Part shown: one piece after another, positions 1-12,552 of the stretch
Position numbering within the stretch: the first letter of the stretch is position 1
Layout: each line of letters begins with the position of its first letter
Assembly (NCBI GenBank): GCA_013239625.1
Contig: MU054100.1
Location: 158,580 to 216,522, forward strand
Source: Lama guanicoe
Taxonomy: Eukaryota
Reading direction: 5' to 3'
DNA length: 57,943 nucleotides
Position numbers and translations under genes: made by a program
The notes under the pieces: generated by a model
Told to the model about the DNA's origin: nothing
The model's input: only the letters and a program-made list of their open reading frames with translations
The model's database searches: none

Positions 1-3000
1 AAGCACCTGGCCGGGCTCCATCTGGGCTGGGTGCATCCTACTCATTCTTCATGCGTCTCCATGGTCCAGGAAAGCTCCTGACTGCCTAGTGTCTGAGGCC
101 CCTGGAGTTATGTTCTTGTGGGACCCTAGGTGTAGGGTACTTTTATTTCCAGATTTCTTTCATCTGGGTAGCCCAGACCACTAGTGCAAGGTCTGCCCTG
201 TAGAGCACATTGTCTGCATGTTGATCTAGCAGTTGCTGCCCCCCTCCCCAACTAACCCTCACCTCCCTGCTCCTGGAGGTGCATGTCCCTTGAGCTCTGT
301 ATCTGAACTGAAGCAGTTCCCGATTGTAGGACAGCAAGCTAATGGAGCCCTTCTATTTTTCCTAGCATCTCACCCTTATTTCCTGGAAATCATGACCTCT
401 TGAAAGAAATTCTTTTTGCCCTTTTTTGTCAACTATTAGAGTTGAAATCTGTAAGAAGTGACTTCAGGAAAGTGATGCGGGTGTCCTTGGTGAAGGAGAT
501 AAACATAAGCAGATCTGGGCTCTATCATTTATTTCATCTTTCCAGATAGAACATTATCATTTCTTATCATAAGGCCAGTAAACCCTGCCCTTTTCACATC
601 ATAACTGAAAAGAAGACAAACTTACCATGGCATGTGTGACTATCAGAGTTGAGAGGTGATGGGGCCAGAAAGACTAGCCATTTAGTAGTGGTTAATAATC
701 TGCTGATTTCAGTCATCATTAAAGGCTAAGAAGGCTGCCTAACTATCCCACATAAAAGCTGCTGTATTCAAAAAATTAACTCTGAGACACACTCAGAATT
801 CATACACATCTTTGCTATATTTATTTTGCTAAATTCTCAGATAATTTTACATTTTCTCCCAGGCCATTCCTTTTCATGCTGCTAGAATTGAAAAGAATCA
901 GGTAACAAGGGAAAGCAATTAGTAACTTGTTTTCCTTCTTGGGTGATTTTTGCTCAGGCTGTGTCTTGATTGAGAGGAAGATAATGCTGAACTCAATTCT
1001 ATATGTTACATACATTGCTAGACACTATGAATAGAAAAATGGGACCCGAGGCATCACAGAGGCTGCTGGAGAGCTCCAGATCACTGGACCCACCTACGTG
1101 GTGACTCTCCCTTAATGAGAAGACCCTGCTGTTGCAGGCAGCTACTCTGAGCTTAGGTGAGTTTCAAACAAAGCACGATGAGAATGTTCTGCAGCTCTCT
1201 GAGCTGATTTTTACATGGGAGTACAGCTTTACTCTAGTGAAGATGACAACATTTCAGGTTTAGTAAATAAAATATAATCTCTGAATTGCCACTGCTCTTG
1301 AACGATTCACCACAGGTAGAAATACATGACAGGCATGGCCAGCAGTAAATGCCTCTTCCTTGCCTGATGGAAAGCACCTTTCTCACTAGTGTGGTACAGC
1401 ACTTTCAATACATAAAAGCACCAAAAGAGAACTCTTAAGATTATGACTTGTAAGTGATATGCTATGAGCCGGAAGATCTGGAAATCAGAGTTCAACTAAA
1501 AAGCAGATGTCTTATGGGTACATTCTCTGTAATGGCTTGTTTTTCCTGTCTGCCTCTTACACATCTTTTCAAGACTGAGGTACCTACTTTGGTAAACCAG
1601 GACTTCCCGATTGGTTATCGCCAGTAGGTAAACTGTAGTATTATGCTACTATTTTCTATTTACCTGCCTGTTACTGCCGCTAATGTAGCTTCTCAGAAAC
1701 TGAATTATTTGTATGTACATGCATATCTGTGTACACACACAGGATGTTTTTATAATTATTCCTAGTTCTTTATATTTTTTGGGACCAAGTGAGTGGATGG
1801 AGAAATGGATGAATGAAAAAGTAGGTCAATTTCAGTAAGTATTAGGGCAGAAGATGTAGTTAATAAGGATCAATGTGTATAAGTGGTCTAAAGTCTAGGC
1901 CACCAGGGAAGTAAGTGACATTAAGAAGTTCTGTTCTCAATCCCGAGGCATAAGCTATTTTTTCTGCCTTATGTTCATTGTTCTTCTGATCAGTAATGAA
2001 ACTGAAATGGTTCTAATGGTCTGAAAAGCTTTGATATATACCCCTAAATACTACTTAGGTGTTAAAATTCTCATGAATTCAGTATATTTTAGCAGAGAGG
2101 GGCGTGGCACCTGTTTCTGTGGGATATGACCACCTCAGTAAGTGAGGTGTAAATATGGACAGCACTCTGACACAAATCTTCACTCTTTTCCCATTAAACT
2201 CTATGAAAGTATTTTGATCTTGCTGCCTCTGAAAAGAATTTCCAGCAGACCCTAGATTTCTGTTTCTGACTTTTCCTGGAGTTGTGATTTTATATGGGAG
2301 CTTACATTGTAGCCTCATTTTTATAGACATTAAACACAGTGCACAGAGCTTCACTTGGAAATAAAACACAATATCCCAGGGAGGGCCACACAGTCTTTGG
2401 AAGAGGCTGCAGCGACATTATAATTTAAGGGAGGGTCCAGTCACACTTTTTAAGGGTCAAGAGAGTTTGACCCCCTCCCCAACTAACCCTCACCTCCCTG
2501 CTCCTGGAGGTGCATGTCCCTTGAGCTCTGTATCTGAACTGAAGCAGTTCCCGATTGTAGGACAGCAAGCTAATGGAGCCCTTCTATTTTTCCTAGCATC
2601 TCACCCTTATTTCCTGGAAATCATGACCTCTTGAAAGAAATTCTTTTTGCCCTTTTTTGTCAACTATTAGAGTTATACCTTCAGAGAATTTACATAATTT
2701 GCCCAAGGTAACAACAATAAAAATATAAAAGCCATCCTTAGTTCTGTTAGACACCAGCCCCACAATTTGGTGGTACAGTCTACCTGCCACCTCTGATTTA
2801 GTCCTCAAAAGAAGTTATCTAACTGATGGAGTTAATACACATTTAATATTGGCCCCAGAACTATATTGTAGGTTAAAAGTAACATTTTAAAAATATCCTT
2901 TGCCCATGAGTTGCCCAGTGGAGGGGAACTGTGAATGGGTGTATTCCCACTGACTCTAAATGTCTTCTCATTTCCTTTGTATGTGTATCTGTCTCCTTTC

Positions 3001-3126
3001 CTCAGCTGGGTTTCTAGTCCTGCCTACCTCTCACTTGTGCTTTCTTCATTTTTTGCCTCCCCTTTAGTACAATTCAATAAATGTATATTCAATGATTCCT
3101 TTTATACTCGAATCAGTCCCAAGAAG
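1..3126 (+). repeat. Copy 1 of a local direct duplication (blocks 1-650, 927-2469, 2676-3126)
   Basis: These blocks match 4370-5019, 5284-6826 and 7043-7493. The ORF track gives identical peptides at offsets 4369 and 4357, and a shared N-terminal part at offset 4367. Confidence 0.95.
2471..2674 (+). repeat. 204-bp third copy of 240-443 / 4609-4812
   Basis: The segment ccccctccccaactaaccctc...caactattagagtt occurs three times. Confidence 0.93.
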
Positions 3127-5016
3127 ATATGCAGATCTGAGACCCTTGCTGGCTGCTGCAGGCACCCAGATTTACCCGAAAATAATTAAATAGGAAGGAA
3201 ACTCATCAAAATGGCCAAAACTGAGATACATTTTAGTTGGCATTTGTACCTTTCCTGATTACCTGCTAGGAAGGGAGTGCCTAAGGAGGGTGACACCTGT
3301 TTCTAATGAAGTAATTGGAATGGTGTGCAGCTCTCCCCCCTTAGCCTTGGGCTGAAGGGAGGTGGAGGGGGCTGCCCTGCCCTGCCCTGGCCTCTAGACC
3401 TTAGGAGTCCTTCCTCTGGCCTTCTTCCAGCCTGTTCCTTCCCACAGGTGAGGAGCCCCACAGGACCCCATGCTTCCCCATCCATTCACTTATTTAAACT
3501 CTGCCCAATTGTCAGGACCCCAGAATCCCCTGCCAAACCAATGGCCCTGAGCTAGCTTTAAGGACTTGCAGGGCCCGGCCCTGTCTTCTGAGTTTGCCTT
3601 CAGAGGAAGACTTGCACTGCCTCTCTGTATATCCTAGACCTGTGGGGTGGACAGGAGTGACTGATTCATGAATTGAGCTTTGGGGGACAGACTGTAGCGC
3701 CCACTCCTAAGTGCAGGGACGTCCCTCCAGGGGTAGAATCCAGCTGGGAGTGAGATGAGAAGGTGGACGGCAAGAGACCCGGGCCCACAACCCTTACACT
3801 GCCCCATTTCAGCCTGAAACTCCAGGTCATCCCAGAGTTTTTACTGGACCCTAATGTTCCCAGTCATGAAGACGGATACATTAAGGCAGAGTAGAACTGA
3901 TCTATTACACGTTTGTGCATTTCAATTATAACTTCTCTCTCTTTCCACATGTGGTTTGTGGCCTCCTATTTTTTTTAAATATAAAAACCAAACTGGTTTA
4001 TTTGAAATCTGATTACTAAAAAAATTTTCAAAATTCAAGGTATTATACATTTTCTAAGGTTCACTCAGAAGAAAAAGGCTGATGGTTTACAGGGTTTGAC
4101 CTAAAGGTCCACAGATGTTGTTTTATATTTACAGAGGTTTTAATCTGAAGTGACTTTTGGCAATCATGAAATAAAACATGTGGTTTGTGGTCTCCACACA
4201 TGTTGGCAACCTGCATTGTATCATTGAACTAGTGACCTTGCTACACAGATGTGGAATGTGTAATTGCAAGTGTTATGAGCCTTATCTAAGGATCTTAGAA
4301 TGTGCATAGCAAGGGCAGGAAGCTAGCCTGTATCATTGTTTGTTCCTCTGCACAGGCATAAGGTGTGCCAAGCACCTGGCCGGGCTCCATCTGGGCTGGG
4401 TGCATCCTACTCATTCTTCATGCGTCTCCATGGTCCAGGAAAGCTCCTGACTGCCTAGTGTCTGAGGCCCCTGGAGTTATGTTCTTGTGGGACCCTAGGT
4501 GTAGGGTACTTTTATTTCCAGATTTCTTTCATCTGGGTAGCCCAGACCACTAGTGCAAGGTCTGCCCTGTAGAGCACATTGTCTGCATGTTGATCTAGCA
4601 GTTGCTGCCCCCCTCCCCAACTAACCCTCACCTCCCTGCTCCTGGAGGTGCATGTCCCTTGAGCTCTGTATCTGAACTGAAGCAGTTCCCGATTGTAGGA
4701 CAGCAAGCTAATGGAGCCCTTCTATTTTTCCTAGCATCTCACCCTTATTTCCTGGAAATCATGACCTCTTGAAAGAAATTCTTTTTGCCCTTTTTTGTCA
4801 ACTATTAGAGTTGAAATCTGTAAGAAGTGACTTCAGGAAAGTGATGCGGGTGTCCTTGGTGAAGGAGATAAACATAAGCAGATCTGGGCTCTATCATTTA
4901 TTTCATCTTTCCAGATAGAACATTATCATTTCTTATCATAAGGCCAGTAAACCCTGCCCTTTTCACATCATAACTGAAAAGAAGACAAACTTACCATGGC
5001 ATGTGTGACTATCAGA

Positions 5017-5282
5017 GTTATTGGCAACTCATGGGTGAAGGCCAGAAATGCTGCTCAATATCTTACAATGCACAAGACTCTTGGACCAACAAAAAGAAAC
5101 TATTTAATCTAAAATGTCAGTAGTGCCAAGGTTGAAGCGTGCTGGTCTAGAAAATAAAGATACATCCTTAGAGTCCATAATAAGGGTGAGTAAAAGATTC
5201 ACAAAAATATTATCCATTCATAATTGAATAAAGTAAATTTCATTAGCCCAAAGAATCAAGTAAAATCTCATAAATGTTTTAT
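5017..5282 (+). repeat. 266-bp copy of 9452-9717 (3' half of a MER20 plus flank)
   Basis: The segment gttattggcaactcatggg...cataaatgttttat is present at both sites. Confidence 0.93.
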
Positions 5283-6944
5283 ATTGTTTTCCTTCTTGGG
5301 TGATTTTTGCTCAGGCTGTGTCTTGATTGAGAGGAAGATAATGCTGAACTCAATTCTATATGTTACATACATTGCTAGACACTATGAATAGAAAAATGGG
5401 ACCCGAGGCATCACAGAGGCTGCTGGAGAGCTCCAGATCACTGGACCCACCTACGTGGTGACTCTCCCTTAATGAGAAGACCCTGCTGTTGCAGGCAGCT
5501 ACTCTGAGCTTAGGTGAGTTTCAAACAAAGCACGATGAGAATGTTCTGCAGCTCTCTGAGCTGATTTTTACATGGGAGTACAGCTTTACTCTAGTGAAGA
5601 TGACAACATTTCAGGTTTAGTAAATAAAATATAATCTCTGAATTGCCACTGCTCTTGAACGATTCACCACAGGTAGAAATACATGACAGGCATGGCCAGC
5701 AGTAAATGCCTCTTCCTTGCCTGATGGAAAGCACCTTTCTCACTAGTGTGGTACAGCACTTTCAATACATAAAAGCACCAAAAGAGAACTCTTAAGATTA
5801 TGACTTGTAAGTGATATGCTATGAGCCGGAAGATCTGGAAATCAGAGTTCAACTAAAAAGCAGATGTCTTATGGGTACATTCTCTGTAATGGCTTGTTTT
5901 TCCTGTCTGCCTCTTACACATCTTTTCAAGACTGAGGTACCTACTTTGGTAAACCAGGACTTCCCGATTGGTTATCGCCAGTAGGTAAACTGTAGTATTA
6001 TGCTACTATTTTCTATTTACCTGCCTGTTACTGCCGCTAATGTAGCTTCTCAGAAACTGAATTATTTGTATGTACATGCATATCTGTGTACACACACAGG
6101 ATGTTTTTATAATTATTCCTAGTTCTTTATATTTTTTGGGACCAAGTGAGTGGATGGAGAAATGGATGAATGAAAAAGTAGGTCAATTTCAGTAAGTATT
6201 AGGGCAGAAGATGTAGTTAATAAGGATCAATGTGTATAAGTGGTCTAAAGTCTAGGCCACCAGGGAAGTAAGTGACATTAAGAAGTTCTGTTCTCAATCC
6301 CGAGGCATAAGCTATTTTTTCTGCCTTATGTTCATTGTTCTTCTGATCAGTAATGAAACTGAAATGGTTCTAATGGTCTGAAAAGCTTTGATATATACCC
6401 CTAAATACTACTTAGGTGTTAAAATTCTCATGAATTCAGTATATTTTAGCAGAGAGGGGCGTGGCACCTGTTTCTGTGGGATATGACCACCTCAGTAAGT
6501 GAGGTGTAAATATGGACAGCACTCTGACACAAATCTTCACTCTTTTCCCATTAAACTCTATGAAAGTATTTTGATCTTGCTGCCTCTGAAAAGAATTTCC
6601 AGCAGACCCTAGATTTCTGTTTCTGACTTTTCCTGGAGTTGTGATTTTATATGGGAGCTTACATTGTAGCCTCATTTTTATAGACATTAAACACAGTGCA
6701 CAGAGCTTCACTTGGAAATAAAACACAATATCCCAGGGAGGGCCACACAGTCTTTGGAAGAGGCTGCAGCGACATTATAATTTAAGGGAGGGTCCAGTCA
6801 CACTTTTTAAGGGTCAAGAGAGTTTGGTGGGATTTGGAAAATTCTTCCTGACCTAAGACGAGTGATGGTGGAATCCTCTTTCCAACCACGTCTTAGGTTT
6901 CATTTCCACTAGCCTTCTTCAAAGTAATAGGTAGCTCTCCAGAA

Positions 6945-7130
6945 ACACGTACCAAGTGCTTAGTTCTGTGCTAAGCACTTCATCGGCATCAGTTTATCAT
7001 CTGATGTAGATGTTATCATTCCCATGGTATGGATGAATGAATTACCTTCAGAGAATTTACATAATTTGCCCAAGGTAACAACAATAAAAATATAAAAGCC
7101 ATCCTTAGTTCTGTTAGACACCAGCCCCAC
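6945..7130 (-). mobile_element. MIR SINE remnant
   Basis: gttctgtgctaagcact...gttatcattcccat...aatttgcccaaggtaac resembles the reverse complement of the MIR core. Confidence 0.6.
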
Positions 7131-8029
7131 AATTTGGTGGTACAGTCTACCTGCCACCTCTGATTTAGTCCTCAAAAGAAGTTATCTAACTGATGGAGTT
7201 AATACACATTTAATATTGGCCCCAGAACTATATTGTAGGTTAAAAGTAACATTTTAAAAATATCCTTTGCCCATGAGTTGCCCAGTGGAGGGGAACTGTG
7301 AATGGGTGTATTCCCACTGACTCTAAATGTCTTCTCATTTCCTTTGTATGTGTATCTGTCTCCTTTCCTCAGCTGGGTTTCTAGTCCTGCCTACCTCTCA
7401 CTTGTGCTTTCTTCATTTTTTGCCTCCCCTTTAGTACAATTCAATAAATGTATATTCAATGATTCCTTTTATACTCGAATCAGTCCCAAGAAGGAAATCA
7501 TTTTATTTAACTTGTTCATGTTTTTATTTCTAGTGGTTCTTTTTGCTTGTGAAAAGAAATTAGAATCTTGAACTTGAAGAAATTGAAAACCACAGGGCCT
7601 GGCCTAAACTGATGATTGCATGCTCTGTAGCTTGTCAGTTACTACTAACCCTTGAGATAAATGATCCTAGAGATACTGGTCTTCAGAGTAATATGGATCA
7701 GACTTCATGCTACAACTTTGAATGTATTCTGTGGCCCTTAGAATCCTCAAGTGTCTCCATTAGACTAGTGTATAAGTCTGTGTAGGAGTGATGGCTCAGA
7801 TTTGCTCTGCATAGTCCTGTTAATGCAGTGAAAGTTTTGAGGGTGTATCTAATATATGAGTTGACTAAGGGTGATTTTAAGTGTAGTAGGCAATCAGGTG
7901 AAGATTCCCTCAGTTTTCTTTTCATCTTTATCCTTCAGATTCTGAGGATGGCCAAGGAAGAAATGTGGTGTGGCGAGCAAGAGTGTGTGTGTACCTGCTA
8001 GAACTATCAGCTTGATTTAAAACAAATAT

Positions 8030-8240
8030 AAAGGATAATAATAGCATTTATTTGGCCCTTAGTGGGTGTGAGGCACTGTTACGAGAATTCTCACACTTTG
8101 TTGCATATGCCCTTGTTATAGTCATTTTAAAGATGAGGAGACTAAAGCATAAAGAATTTAAATAACTTAGTTCATATAATTCCCAGATGTTTTGAGTTGG
8201 AATTTGCATTCATGCCATGTGACAGCAGTATCTGTGATTT
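8030..8240 (-). mobile_element. MIR SINE remnant
   Basis: Motifs atagcatttattt...gaggcactgtt...cattttaaagatgaggagactaaagc. Confidence 0.65.
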
Positions 8241-9384
8241 CTGTCATGTGCTGAAGCTATTCTTAATTTCTTATGCAAAATAGTTCAATATGGACTTAAA
8301 TAAACCCAGTACATTCTAATTTATATGGTTTGTAGAACTTCAGAATATCATTGAATGTTTATCATAGCTTTCAAATTTTAAACTTACTCAAATGAAATTA
8401 TAGAAAGTTAATATTTTATTATCATTGGAAAAAAGCTCTTCATTTGTGTATTCATAGATGTTAAATTTCAAATGGCAGTATTTTTTGAAAGTATTTAAAA
8501 TTTCTCTTCGTGTTATTTAGTGTATTGTCATCTTGGGAAAAAATAAACTTGGCACAATAAAAGTCCCCTAAATTGACTCCAAATTAGTGTTCTCAATATG
8601 AAATTCAAATAACATTTGCTTGTATCCTAGTTAAGAAAATATATTGCTATATTTATCATTAATGGCTATAATATTCCCAACAAAGAAAATGCAGGTGATG
8701 TTGGCTTGATATGCAGTAAATTTTATTCCTAGGATGTGGATAAAAATAAAAACAAAAAATTATTCAAAATGAATGAATAGCTCCACCTGCCACAGAGCAG
8801 ATGTACAAACTGGGAAGTATTGTATGTGCCTCCATTGTGATCTCAGCTAATTCCTAGGTCCTAAATCATTCAGTACGATTGGCTTTCACCAGTTCATAAA
8901 TAATAAGTAAATGGCTGGCTGGATGGATGGGATTCAGATTGACTTGTTCTCTGTTGTGTTCAGAATAAAGAAAGGAATTCAGAATATAAGAGTAATGGGC
9001 AACTGAAAGCCCCTATGTACACTTATCCTGTATTAGAGAGGCTTATGTAAAGAGTTCTTAACAATATTGATCCAAAGCTGTGGTCTCTTTATTCCTTGTA
9101 TCTTGGTAGATTTTATAGAGCTATAATAAAATGACCCTAAACTTTGGTTTCTTTAAGATGATGATCTCAGCAAATAGCCATTAACATATACCACATCCAG
9201 AGGCATCATGCCAGGTGTGGCCAGTCAGTGGGCAGACTGGGTCAGCACCACCTTTGACACTTAAAGACAAAAATATTCCTGGACTTCTCCCCCGGAGATG
9301 CTGACATAGTAGGTCTGAATTTACACCATTGAATATATTCTCATAGACGTTTTTGGTTAGGAATTGGCTTAGAAGTGTATTTTT

Positions 9385-9580
9385 CTACTAGGGCTGATAT
9401 TTGGCAATGCCTGGAGTCATTTTTGGTTTCCAAAATTGGGAGGGTGTGTGTGTTATTGGCAACTCATGGGTGAAGGCCAGAAATGCTGCTCAATATCTTA
9501 CAATGCACAAGACTCTTGGACCAACAAAAAGAAACTATTTAATCTAAAATGTCAGTAGTGCCAAGGTTGAAGCGTGCTGG
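9385..9580 (+). mobile_element. MER20 (hAT-Charlie) DNA transposon remnant
   Basis: atttggcaatgcctggagtcatttttgg...aggccagaaatgctgctcaatatcttacaatgcacaagac...aaaatgtcagtagtgccaaggttga follows the MER20 consensus. Confidence 0.75.
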
Positions 9581-10400
9581 TCTAGAAAATAAAGATACAT
9601 CCTTAGAGTCCATAATAAGGGTGAGTAAAAGATTCACAAAAATATTATCCATTCATAATTGAATAAAGTAAATTTCATTAGCCCAAAGAATCAAGTAAAA
9701 TCTCATAAATGTTTTATCTTGAGATTATTAATTACTTCATGGTATGACTAGAGACGTCCTAGTTGAAAATGTATGTGAGAAACGTGGAAGAATTGTCTGC
9801 AGTTGGTAGAATATTTGTAGTGGGGATTATCTGGATAGACTAGCTTGTAGTTGAAAAAAAATGATTTAGAATTTCTCACTGACCCTGAAATGTTAGTAAG
9901 GAAGAAGGTTACTTGTAGAGAGCAGAAATTCCTTTTTAAATACTGACTGTGAAATTAAAATAGGACCACTTCCATAAGTGCCACTTCAACAACTAAACAA
10001 AAAGATCAAATCTAGGAAAATTTTTAATGATTTTTTTGATGGTTTTGTCCTTTTTGGTCTTTATATTACTGTTTTACAGATTCTGTTTTTCTAGGTTTAT
10101 ATCTCTAGAGATCAGATGCTCAAAGTGGGACATACAGTAAATTACTAAATGTTACTTTGGTTGCTGTCAATGCAGGATTTGTATTAATAATGAAACCAAT
10201 TGAATTCTCAAAAACCTCCACTGGCAACAATAAACATTTAATTTCCAGAGATGAATAAGGTTAGCTATGTTGAACACCTTTTGCAATCACTGTGATAACC
10301 AAATTCTTCAAATGTTGGGAAATTCTGCTATTTTGTCAAAGAACCAGCAGCAGACTGATTTAATTAAAATAATAACAAATGTTTGTCTCTGTTTTTTTAG

Positions 10401-10595
10401 CTGTCTCATGTGTCTCTGATAACAACCAGTCAGCAGAAATGATGGAATGCCTCAGGCAGACAAATGGCATGCCTCCCCTTGTGCAGGAGTGTACGGTCCC
10501 ATGTCGTGATGACTGCACCTTCAGTGCTTGGTCCAAGTTTACGCCCTGCTCCACGAATTGTGAAACAACTCGAAGTAGACGGCGCCAGCTCACAG
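10401..10595 (+). CDS. THSD7B: Internal coding exon of THSD7B (TSR repeats), 195 nt, phase 1-1: (A)VSCVSDNNQSAEMMECLRQTNGMPPLVQECTVPCRDDCTFSAWSKFTPCSTNCETTRSRRRQLT(G)
   Basis: Acceptor tctctgtttttttAG ends at 10400. Donor ACAG|GTAGGG starts at 10596. The open frame (within ORF 10379..10645) has a TSR pattern (C..W....C...C...RxRxR) and closely matches the human THSD7B peptide as I recall it. CpGs are locally retained. Confidence 0.93.
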
Positions 10596-10639
10596 GTAGG
10601 GTGTGCCTCTCACTCTTTGTCTTCAGACAAGTGATGCTC

Positions 10640-10790
10640 TCCTGAACCTATCAAGTTCCAGAAGGGCAGGAAATTGTATCAGGTCTCTCCCTCTCCCCGT
10701 CCCTCCCTGCCATTATGCATCCTCTTTGCCTGTGGTTGGTACCTACTACATAGTACATACTCAGTTAAATGCTTGTGAAACAAATGAAAG
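10640..10790 (+). mobile_element. L2 LINE 3' end remnant
   Basis: Motifs aagttccagaagggcagg...acatagtacatactcagttaaatgcttgtgaaacaaatgaa. Confidence 0.5.
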
Positions 10791-12237
10791 ATGTGAATCA
10801 TTCTATAGCTCTAAAGTTACTCTCTACACAGCATTATAATCTTTATAGTCATAAATGGCAATATACCCAGCAACTTTCTGGGAGTAGTTAATGGCAAATT
10901 ATCTGGTGTCGTTTTCATGCCAGGATCTCAGCCAGCTTGGAAGCAGCCCCGGATTTGTAAATAACATTACAGGCAGATCTCATTCATGTCTTCATCTTTT
11001 ACTATTACCTTTTAAGTAACTGGATATTTTAAAATTTTAGTAGGGGAAGGCAAAAAATTAATTGCATAAATAAATTCCATTTTGGTGATATATATTAATT
11101 AATGATTTTATTTACATCCTTGAAATTTAATGGAAATTAAAGCAATGAATAGTTTAATCAAGGTCCTAGAGAAATTGTGCCTATAATATGCAGATAATTG
11201 ATACAATAATTTATCTTACTTCTTGTCTAAATAAATATGCCAGAACTTCTCTTCATTGTATGTTTTTTTTCGTATAAGCAGAAAACTTAATTCAGGGAGT
11301 GAAGAACCCAAGGAAAGATGCCAAAATAACAATTGGGATAATAAAGTTAGGGTTGACATTGAAGAATTAAGCACAGATGACATTTGTTCTCATGAGCAAT
11401 TCGTGAGCTAATTCTCTTGTTTCAAGACCCCTTTTGTTGGAATGCATTACACACAAGATTGTTTTAAATTTGACTCACTCTAATGGATTGACATAATCCA
11501 TGAGAGCCTTTAACAGGATTTCTGCACCCACATCAGGATCCCATTTGTAAGTACAGGTGAAACATAATCACAAATGGAAACATCAAATAAAATAAGTTAT
11601 AGTTTGATCTCTCTTCTATAAAAATTTATTCATATATAATTTTATGCAATATTGCTTATGTTTCTCAGATAAAACAGATTTCTTATAGAGAAACAATATA
11701 CTGGTATAGAATATATATGACAGGCATAATTCCAACTTCAGGCACAATTTAATGGAGCTTGGTTTACGTGTTCATACATAATGCTTCAAAAGTCATTATC
11801 CTAGCAACTCTCTTTGTAACTTTGAGATGAGAGAGAATTTCCTTTAAGAGGAAAGAAAGTTTTTAATTGGTGGTGATACTTTGTACGTGCAAACTGAGAA
11901 TGAAAAATACTGAAAATCCTAGGATATTTATTCATTTTACAACCAGTGCAGTTTGTGTTATGAATGGTCAAAAATGTAATGGATTGGACTTTTATTTAGC
12001 ATAACTTTTAATGTAAATGTTGGCAAACGATTATACTTTTTTCTGCAAACTCTATCCCAAGAATTACTCATGCTAAAGACTATTTAGAATTTCTTTTCTA
12101 GGTTATTAACTGCTGTGCTTTTGCCTAGCTAATTGATCTTTGCATGTCTTAATATCTGGATGACACCTAAACAACTGGCTGTTTTCATGAGATATAAGAG
12201 TTGTTTTAAAAATAGAATCAAATGAATTATCTAGTGC

Positions 12238-12552
12238 TGTTGATTGAGAGGAAAATGCACAGTGTAAGAGTTGTGAGTTAAGGTTTATGCAAGGTCTTAC
12301 TGAGGACTCTAGACCTGGAGACAGCCTCTCAGATAGCTCTGAGGAACTGCTCCAAACAGGTATGGGGGAAGGCTAGCTTGCAATTTTGTTTTTGGGGAAT
12401 ACATGCATTAGCATACATCTTGATGAAAACTTACTGCTGGTCACAAAGAACAGGAATGATCAAGCTAAAGATCGTGATGTTTTTCCGTGTGTGGGAAGAT
12501 GCAAGAAGAGGGGGTAATTACACTTCTTCCTGAAATGCGCCTAATAAGCTAA
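12238..12552 (-). mobile_element. ERV1-type LTR fragment (MER41-like laurasiatherian LTR), truncated by the 694-bp duplicate
   Basis: Starts tgttgattgagaggaaaatgcac and contains cttactgaggac...gacagcctctcagatagctctgaggaactgctccaaa. Confidence 0.55.

Larger units (their letters stand above)
4370..7493 (+). repeat. Copy 2 of the local direct duplication
   Basis: Starts aagcacctggccgggctcc, as position 1 does. Ends at cagtcccaagaag, as 3126 does. Confidence 0.95.

Noticed and set aside
143..7571. Repeated small ORFs as a duplicated gene cluster
   Set aside because: They repeat only because the DNA is duplicated. They show no recognisable domains or splice structure.
10379..10645. 88-aa ORF with an apparent signal peptide (MFVSVFLAVS)
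   Set aside because: The hydrophobic start is the translated polypyrimidine tract. The true exon is 10401-10595.
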